From NCBI RefSeq assembly GCF_000023205.1, contig NC_012803.1, positions 540,001 to 572,000 on the forward strand: 32,000 bases of DNA, in the 5' to 3' direction. The notes beneath the pieces are model-generated. The model ran no database searches and was not told the origin of the DNA. It worked only from the letters and a program-made list of their open reading frames with translations. A program made the translations under genes and the position numbers. The stretch comes from Micrococcus luteus NCTC 2665. Its GTDB lineage: Bacteria; Actinomycetota; Actinomycetes; Actinomycetales; Micrococcaceae. This document shows positions 26,196 to 32,000 of the stretch, piece by piece. Position 1 is the stretch's first letter; each line of letters opens with the position of its first letter.

Positions 26196-26201
26196 ATCCT
26201 A
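26196..26201 (-). promoter_or_regulatory. -10 box TAGGAT, 6 nt before the fumC ATG 26189 (leaderless arrangement)
   Basis: The minus strand reads TAGGAT-GTGATC-ATG. Confidence 0.4.
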
Positions 26202-26244
26202 GGACGGCGTGGGCGCCCGGTGCCGCACCGGACGCCCGACGTCG

Positions 26245-26916
26245 TCAGACCGCCAGGTCGCCGTGCACGCGGCCCGGTCGAGCGGTGCCCTCGGACAGCG
26301 AGTAGGTGAGCCCGACGACGGCGGTGCGCCCCGACTCGACGGCCGCGCGGACGGACTGCGAGGTCTCCAGGAGGTGGTCGCAGGTCTGGTCCACGTGCTC
26401 GGCCACGAACTCGTCGACCTCCTCCAGACCGCGGCGGCGCCCCGCCAGCACGGACGGGATGATGCGCTCCACGAGGGGGCGCACGAAGCCGCGCGGCATG
26501 GTGCCGGAGATGTAGGACTCGACCGTCGCCGTGACGGCGCCGCACGAGTTGTGGCCCAGGACGATGACGAGCGGGATCTCCAGCACGTCCACGCCGTACT
26601 CGATGGAGCCCAGCACGGCGTCGTCGATCACGTGGCCAGCCGTGCGCACCACGAACACGTCGCCGAGCCCCAGGTCGAAGATGATCTCGGCCGCCAGGCG
26701 GGAGTCGGCGCAGCCGAAGATCACGGCGACCGGGGCCTGGCCGGCGGTCAGGTCGCTGCGCCGCTCCGCGTTCTGGTTCGGGTGGCTCGGCTCGCCCGCC
26801 ACGAAGCGGCGGTTGCCGTCGGCGAGGACCTCCCACGCCTCCGCGGGGGTCAGGTCGGAGGTGGGGACGACGACGTCGGGGGCCGGCGTCGTCTCGGGGC
26901 GGGTATGGGGGGTCAT
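26245..26916 (-). CDS. beta-class carbonic anhydrase
   Basis: Zinc-ligand motifs CADSR and HNSCG are present. ATG 26916 follows SD GAAGGAGA and overlaps the stop of the upstream gene (ATGA). This is the in-frame tail of track ORF 26245..27189. Confidence 0.88.
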   Translation of the reverse strand: MTPHTRPETTPAPDVVVPTSDLTPAEAWEVLADGNRRFVAGEPSHPNQNAERRSDLTAGQAPVAVIFGCADSRLAAEIIFDLGLGDVFVVRTAGHVIDDAVLGSIEYGVDVLEIPLVIVLGHNSCGAVTATVESYISGTMPRGFVRPLVERIIPSVLAGRRRGLEEVDEFVAEHVDQTCDHLLETSQSVRAAVESGRTAVVGLTYSLSEGTARPGRVHGDLAV

Positions 26917-27503
26917 CGGGTCTCCTTCGCGACGCCGTGCGCCAGGTCTTCGAGGACGGCGCGGTCGCCGGTGGTGGTCAGCACCACGGTGCTGCCGTCC
27001 ACCTCCGACACGAGCCGTCGCTCCGGCTTCTTCGGATCGGCGTGGAGGTCCCACGCGATCCCGTCGATCTCGATCGTCTCCGACGCCGGGACCTGGTCCA
27101 CCCGCAGGCTCACCCAGGTGGGGTCGACGTCCTCGGCCTGCTGCAGGCCCGCGAACACCGTGTCCGTGACCACCCAGCCGACGTCCCACGTGGAGACGCC
27201 GTCCAGCTTCTGCAGGCGGGCGTAGTTGGCATACCAGGACTCCGGCACCTCGGGCGCCAGGGCCGGCAGGTCGCCGTCGTCGTGGGGGACCGTGGCGGCC
27301 TCGGCGGCGACGTCGACGCGGTCCTCACGGGGCCGCTGCGGCGGCTCCGGGTTGAGCAGGAGGACCACGGCCACGATCGCCAGCAGAGCCGCCAGGGAGA
27401 GCACCATGGCCATCCACGGCTGCCGGGCCCGCTGCGCCTGCGTGGCGGTCAGGACGGGACGGGGGGCGGGGGCGTGGGGGTCGGCGGAGCTCACGGTCAG
27501 CAT
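26913..27503 (-). CDS. DUF4245-like membrane-anchored protein (Rv1097c position)
   Basis: 196 aa from ATG 27503. One N-terminal TM helix (MAMVLSLAALLAIVAVVLLL) precedes an extracytoplasmic domain. Its position divergent from glpX and upstream of fumC matches mycobacteria. Confidence 0.65.
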   Translation of the reverse strand: MLTVSSADPHAPAPRPVLTATQAQRARQPWMAMVLSLAALLAIVAVVLLLNPEPPQRPREDRVDVAAEAATVPHDDGDLPALAPEVPESWYANYARLQKLDGVSTWDVGWVVTDTVFAGLQQAEDVDPTWVSLRVDQVPASETIEIDGIAWDLHADPKKPERRLVSEVDGSTVVLTTTGDRAVLEDLAHGVAKETR

Positions 27504-27530
27504 TGTGCCACCCACGGGAGGCCGCCCCCG

Positions 27531-27536
27531 TAGGAT
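27531..27536 (+). promoter_or_regulatory. candidate -10 box TAGGAT upstream of glpX (about 68-nt leader)
   Basis: A TANNNT hexamer in the divergent DUF4245/glpX gap. Confidence 0.3.
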
Positions 27537-27610
27537 GAGGACCGGGGCAGAGCCGCCCTCACGCCCCGTCTCGTGCGGACGGAGCGCCGCGAGCAAGGAT
27601 CGGAGCAGCG

Positions 27611-28633
27611 ATGACCAGCGCGTCCTCGGAGAAGACCGGCTACGAGAATCACGTCCCGGACCGCAACCTGGCCATGGAGTTGGTGCGGGTGACCGAGGCG
27701 GCGGCCATCGCCGCGAGCCCCTGGGTGGGCTACGGGGACAAGAACAAGGCGGACGGCGCCGCGGTGGACGCGATGCGCGCGTTCATGGACACCGTGGCCA
27801 TGGACGGCACCGTGGTGATCGGCGAGGGCGAGAAGGACGAGGCCCCCATGCTGTTCAACGGCGAGCAGGTCGGCGACGGCTCCGGCGCCGCCGTGGACGT
27901 GGCCGTGGACCCGATCGACGGCACCCGCCTGACCGCCATGGGCTACAACAACGCGCTCTCCGTCTTCGCGGTGGCCGAGCGCGGCACCATGTTCGACCCG
28001 TCGGCCGTGTTCTACATGGACAAGCTCGTGGTGGGCCCCGAGGCCGCCGACTTCGTGGACATGCGCCTGCCGGTGAAGCAGAACGTGAACCTCGTGGCCA
28101 AGGCCCTGGACAAGCCCGTCTCCCAGGTGACCGTGTGCGTGCTGGACCGCCCCCGCCACGAGGGCCTGGTCAAGGAGATCCGCCAGGCCGGCGCCCGCGT
28201 GAAGTTCATCCTGGACGGCGACGTCGCCGGCGCCATCGCCGCCGCCCGCCCGGGCACCGGCGTGGACATGATGATGGGCATCGGCGGCACCCCGGAGGGC
28301 ATCGTCACCGCGTGCGCGATCAAGGCCACCGGCGGCATCATCCAGGGCCGCCTGGCCCCCACCGACGACGCCGAGAAGCAGAAGGCCCTCGACGCCGGCC
28401 TCGACCTCGACGCGGTGCTGACCACGAACGAGCTGGTCACCTCCGACCACTGCTACTTCGCGGCCACCGGCATCACCGACGGCGACCTGCTGCGCGGTGT
28501 GCGCTTCGCCGACGGCCGCGTGCACACGCAGTCCATCGTGATGCGCTCGTCGTCCGGCACGGTCCGCACCGTGGACGCCGAGCACGACGTGAAGAAGTGG
28601 TCCAAGTGGCTGGGGGACCGCGACGCCCGCTGA
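27611..28633 (+). CDS. glpX: class II fructose-1,6-bisphosphatase
   Basis: 340 aa with typical GlpX sequence throughout ([30 protein letters not shown] ... DPIDGT ... GIGGTPEG). Confidence 0.93.
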   Translation: MTSASSEKTGYENHVPDRNLAMELVRVTEAAAIAASPWVGYGDKNKADGAAVDAMRAFMDTVAMDGTVVIGEGEKDEAPMLFNGEQVGDGSGAAVDVAVDPIDGTRLTAMGYNNALSVFAVAERGTMFDPSAVFYMDKLVVGPEAADFVDMRLPVKQNVNLVAKALDKPVSQVTVCVLDRPRHEGLVKEIRQAGARVKFILDGDVAGAIAAARPGTGVDMMMGIGGTPEGIVTACAIKATGGIIQGRLAPTDDAEKQKALDAGLDLDAVLTTNELVTSDHCYFAATGITDGDLLRGVRFADGRVHTQSIVMRSSSGTVRTVDAEHDVKKWSKWLGDRDAR

Positions 28634-28660
28634 GCCCGCGGGCCGGTCTGCCGGGCTCAG
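28630..28660. terminator. hairpin spanning the convergent glpX and manA stop codons
   Basis: A 9-bp perfect stem (28630-28638 with 28652-28660). TGA 28631-28633 (glpX) and TCA 28657-28659 (manA stop, minus strand) both lie inside the stem arms. Confidence 0.45.
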
Positions 28661-29901
28661 CCCCGCGGCAGGCCGGCCACGTGCACCGTCGCCGGGGCGC
28701 CGGCCGCGGCGCGGACGGCCAGCGGGCCGGACGCCGTCTCCGCGGCGGGCAGGAACACGGCCTCGCCCGGGCCCAGCTCGATCTCCTGGCCTGCCAGGGC
28801 CAGGCTCGCCGTGCCGCGGGTGACCACCGCGATCCCGGGCCCGTGCACGTCGAGCCCGTGGACGGCGTCGTCCTCGAGCGTGGCCTGGAGCAGCTCGAAC
28901 TCCTCGAACGGCGGGCGGAAGGCCACCACGGAGTCGGCCACGCGCTCGGGCTCGGTGGAGGGCACCGGCAGCGCCTCGAAGGTGACCACGCGGCGCAGCT
29001 CGGGCACGTCCATGTGCTTCGGGGTGAGCCCGCCGCGCAGCACGTTGTCCGAGGCCGCCATGACCTCCACGCCCAGCCCGTGCAGGTACGCGTGCACGTT
29101 GCCGGCGGGCAGATGGATGGCCTGACCCGGGGCCAGGTCCACGCGGTTGAGCAGGATGGCCACCACCACGCCGGGGTCGTCCGGGTGGTGCTGGGCGACC
29201 TCGAGGGCCGTGGCCAGCGAGGGGTCGCGCTCGGCCAGGTCCGGCGCAGCCCGCAGCACGTCCACGACCTGCGCCACGGCGCCGGGGGCGCCCCACACGG
29301 AGTCCGGGTCGAGGATCGAGGTGAACGCGTCCTCGAGGTCCCCGGCGGCGAGGGCCTGGCTGATCCGGGCGGCGGCGACGGCGACGGCGGACGTGTCCCC
29401 GTCCGCCCGCTCCGTGAGGGCGCGGGCCAGGGCCTCGAAGCTGTCCGAGGAGACCTCGGGGGAGCGGAAGCCGCACATCGCCGCGAAGGGGGTCAGCGCG
29501 AGCAGCATCTCCGGCTTGTGGTTCGCGTCCTTGTAGTTGCGCTCCGGGGCGTCGACCGGCACGCCGGCGGCCTCCTCCGCGGCGTGGCCCGCGCGGGCCT
29601 GCTCCAGGGTGGGGTGCGCCTGGATGGACAGCGGGGCGCTCGCGGCGAGCAGCTTCATCAGGAAGGGCAGTCGGCCCTCCGGTGCTGCGGGTCCGAGGCA
29701 GTGCTCGGGGTCCGCGGCCACCACCTCGTCCAGGCCGACGTGGGCGCCGTCCCTCACGACGGCGACGCACGGGGCGCCCGGATGGTCGCCCAGCCACAGC
29801 TCGGCCTCGGGGCGGCCGGTGGGCTCGCGTCCCTGCAGGTCGGCGAGGAGCGTGGGGGAGCCCCAGGCGTAGTCACGGATCACGGGCTTCAGGACGTGCA
29901 T
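28657..29901 (-). CDS. manA: class I mannose-6-phosphate isomerase
   Basis: N-terminus MHVLKPVIRDYAWGS. Metal-binding motifs SIQAHP and NVHAYLHG are present. Confidence 0.88.
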   Translation of the reverse strand: MHVLKPVIRDYAWGSPTLLADLQGREPTGRPEAELWLGDHPGAPCVAVVRDGAHVGLDEVVAADPEHCLGPAAPEGRLPFLMKLLAASAPLSIQAHPTLEQARAGHAAEEAAGVPVDAPERNYKDANHKPEMLLALTPFAAMCGFRSPEVSSDSFEALARALTERADGDTSAVAVAAARISQALAAGDLEDAFTSILDPDSVWGAPGAVAQVVDVLRAAPDLAERDPSLATALEVAQHHPDDPGVVVAILLNRVDLAPGQAIHLPAGNVHAYLHGLGVEVMAASDNVLRGGLTPKHMDVPELRRVVTFEALPVPSTEPERVADSVVAFRPPFEEFELLQATLEDDAVHGLDVHGPGIAVVTRGTASLALAGQEIELGPGEAVFLPAAETASGPLAVRAAAGAPATVHVAGLPRG

Positions 29902-29907
29902 GCGCCC

Positions 29908-29913
29908 AGCCTA
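29908..29913 (-). promoter_or_regulatory. -10 box TAGGCT, 6 nt before the manA ATG (leaderless arrangement)
   Basis: The minus strand reads TAGGCT-GGGCGC-ATG(29901). This is the same 16-mer as at the A24 peptidase start. Confidence 0.45.
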
Positions 29914-29942
29914 GATCAGCCCGTCGGCCCGCGCGTCGCGCC

Positions 29943-31556
29943 TCACGGGGCGGGGACGCACAGCCCGTTCGTCGAGGACGCGTGGTTCAGCACGTCCTCC
30001 TGGCCCAGGTCCTCGGCCGTCATCAGGTCCTCGGCGGTGAAGGGCTCGCCGTCGGAGCGGGTCGGCGGGGCCGGCCACGTGGCCGGGTCATCCTCGTCGA
30101 CGTCGGGGGTCTGCGTCTCCTGCGCGACGACGGCCAGCGCGGTGAGCAGCGGCGTCGCCGTGACGCCGGTCGGGTCCGACCCGGCGGTCACGGACTCGTC
30201 GGCCAGCATCTCGTCCACGCGGCGGTGGACGAGGTCGTAGTCGGGATAGGTGGTGAAGTGGGTGCCCGTGTCGCCGAAGTCGGGCGGGCCGACGGTCAGC
30301 CGCCGCATCCTCTGGCCGCGCGAGCGCTCGGCGAGGTCCACGAACGTGCCCAGCTGGGACTGCGGCAGGTCGGTGGTCACGATCTGCTGGCCCGCCGCGA
30401 GGATCTCCTCGAAGCGGGTGAGCACGGTGGCGGGGCTGAACTGCTCCAGCATCGCCGCCTGCATGCACTGCTGCCGGCGGATGCGGGCGTAGTCGGTGGA
30501 CCAGTGCCGGGAGCGGGCGAAGGCGAGCGCATCGTCGCCGTTGAAGTGGTGGGTGCCCGGCTCCCACCAGATGTTGCCCCAGGCGCCGTCGGGCCGGACG
30601 CCGCGGTGGACCACGTAGCCGCCGCTGACGACGTCCACCCCGCCCATGGCGTCGATCAGCTGGGCGAAGCCGCCCATGTCCATGAGGGCGTAGCCGGAGA
30701 TGTCCAGCCCGAGGATGCCGCCGGCGGCGTCCTTCATGGCCTCGGCGCCGGGGTGTTCGGCGTCCGGGTAGAGGTCTGCGTGATGCTCCTCCACGTCCGT
30801 GTAGAGGGCGTTGAGGATGCACTCGTCGCCGCAGTCGAAGCCGTTCGGGTAGACGTCCCACAGCGGGGAGCCCTCGATGAACGGCACGTCCTGGAGGTTG
30901 CGGGGCAGGGAGAACATCACGATGGCGCCGGTGCGGGCGTCCACGGAGACCACGTGCATGGAGTCCGGGCGCAGCCCCTGCCGGCCCTCGCCGGCGTCCG
31001 CGCCCAGGACCAGGATGTTGTAGCGGCCCTCGGCCTCCGGGACGGCCGGTCCCTCCTGGAATACCTCGCCGAGCGCCCCGCGGCTCGTGTTCGCGGCCCA
31101 GCCGCCGTAGAGCAGGGCGCCGCTGGTGAGCACGAGCGCGAGCGCGGTGACCGCCGCCGTGATCTTCCGCGCGCCGGGGGCGAGCAGGTGCAGCCGGATC
31201 AGCCGGAACGTGTCCACCCACAGCACCGCCCAGCCCACCGCCAACGCCGCCAGGACCACCGCCAGTCCGAGCAGCACGCCGTCCCGGGCCATGAGTGAGA
31301 TCAGGCTCGCGCGGGAGACCAGCCACCACAGCAGCCCGAGGAGCAGCACGGCCCACACGGTGACGGTGACCCGCAGCGCCACGCGGCCGAGCCGGCGGCT
31401 GCCGGCGACGAGCTGGGCGCCGCCGGGGACCAGCAGGGTCAGGGTGGTGAGGATCAGCGCCCGGCGGGTGCGCTCGGTGGGGGAGGCGACGCGCGGGTCC
31501 CGAAGCGGGTCGGGCTGCGCGTGACCGGCGGGCACGGATCCGGGGGCGGTCGACAT
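29943..31556 (-). CDS. LytR-CpsA-Psr (LCP) family cell-envelope phosphotransferase
   Basis: N-terminal TM helices are followed by the LCP core YNILVLGADAGEGRQGLRPDSMHVVSVDARTGAIVMFSLPRN. The ATG overlaps the purE stop by 1 nt (TGATG). Confidence 0.88.
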   Translation of the reverse strand: MSTAPGSVPAGHAQPDPLRDPRVASPTERTRRALILTTLTLLVPGGAQLVAGSRRLGRVALRVTVTVWAVLLLGLLWWLVSRASLISLMARDGVLLGLAVVLAALAVGWAVLWVDTFRLIRLHLLAPGARKITAAVTALALVLTSGALLYGGWAANTSRGALGEVFQEGPAVPEAEGRYNILVLGADAGEGRQGLRPDSMHVVSVDARTGAIVMFSLPRNLQDVPFIEGSPLWDVYPNGFDCGDECILNALYTDVEEHHADLYPDAEHPGAEAMKDAAGGILGLDISGYALMDMGGFAQLIDAMGGVDVVSGGYVVHRGVRPDGAWGNIWWEPGTHHFNGDDALAFARSRHWSTDYARIRRQQCMQAAMLEQFSPATVLTRFEEILAAGQQIVTTDLPQSQLGTFVDLAERSRGQRMRRLTVGPPDFGDTGTHFTTYPDYDLVHRRVDEMLADESVTAGSDPTGVTATPLLTALAVVAQETQTPDVDEDDPATWPAPPTRSDGEPFTAEDLMTAEDLGQEDVLNHASSTNGLCVPAP

Positions 31557-32000
31557 CAGCGGTCGGCGGCCATCCGCTCGCGCAGGCGGGCTCCCTTGGC
31601 CCGGGCCTGGGCGTTGAGCTCGTCGGCGTGCTCGGCGAGGGCGGCGCGCAGGCGGTCGCCCTCCGCGGTGTCGGCCGAGGCGAGGATGCGGGCGGCCAGC
31701 AGGCCGGCGTTGCGGGCGCCGTCGATGGAGACGGTGGCCACCGGCACGCCGGCCGGCATCTGGACGATCGAGAGCAGGGAGTCCATCCCGTCCAGGCTCT
31801 TGAGCTTCACGGGCACGCCGATCACGGGCAGGGGGGTGACGGCGGCGAGCATCCCGGGCAGGTGCGCCGCGCCGCCCGCGCCGGCCACGATCACGCGGAT
31901 GCCGCGCTGGTGCGCGCGGGCGCCGAACTCCACCATCTCGTGGGGCATGCGGTGCGCGGAGACCACGCCGACCTCGACGGGCACGTCGAGCTCGCGCAGG
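31556..32000 (-). CDS. purE: N5-carboxyaminoimidazole ribonucleotide mutase (5' end beyond the right edge)
   Basis: SAHRMPHEM ... [12 protein letters not shown] ... PVIGVPV is the PurE signature region. The frame stays open to the window edge. Confidence 0.9.
   Translation of the reverse strand, partial: LRELDVPVEVGVVSAHRMPHEMVEFGARAHQRGIRVIVAGAGGAAHLPGMLAAVTPLPVIGVPVKLKSLDGMDSLLSIVQMPAGVPVATVSIDGARNAGLLAARILASADTAEGDRLRAALAEHADELNAQARAKGARLRERMAADR

Overview
This is a very GC-rich actinobacterial chromosome segment, Micrococcales-like judging by mca (mycothiol), an LCP gene and DUF501/DUF4307/DUF4245 marker genes. I call 33 protein-coding genes (both edge genes truncated), one tRNA, eight GC-rich hairpin terminators and a set of TANNNT -10 boxes.

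The content is core housekeeping, arranged in blocks whose order matches mycobacterial loci as I recall them:
- Nucleoside salvage: ABC permeases, cdd, deoA, dedA, add.
- mazG, eno, ftsB, DUF501/ppx.
- ndh, tRNA, BI-1.
- Aldose epimerase, AI-2E transporter, ilvA.
- GPP34, greA, DUF4307, mca, small membrane protein, hemolysin III, Z-prenyl transferase.
- Rhomboid, phoH2, A24 peptidase, fumC, beta-carbonic anhydrase, DUF4245, glpX.
- manA, LCP, purE.

I found no integrase, transposase, CRISPR array, restriction gene or other recognisable defence gene. I do not see a convincing novel multi-gene system, and I say so rather than invent one.

The unexplained signals worth follow-up are:
1. A 346-nt non-coding gap (23829-24173) with a minus-strand stem+T5 terminator. 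It suggests an unannotated C-rich small RNA whose candidate promoter spacer contains a C9/G9 homopolymer.
2. An in-frame DUF501-Ppx/GppA fusion that keeps an internal SD+GTG.
3. A class-I-shaped tRNA with a UAA anticodon.
4. A recurrent TANNNT-N6-8-start arrangement implying many leaderless genes, including an identical 16-mer at two unrelated starts.

The many long alternate-frame and antisense ORFs in the track are high-GC artefacts. All homology statements come from motif recognition by eye, not from database searches.
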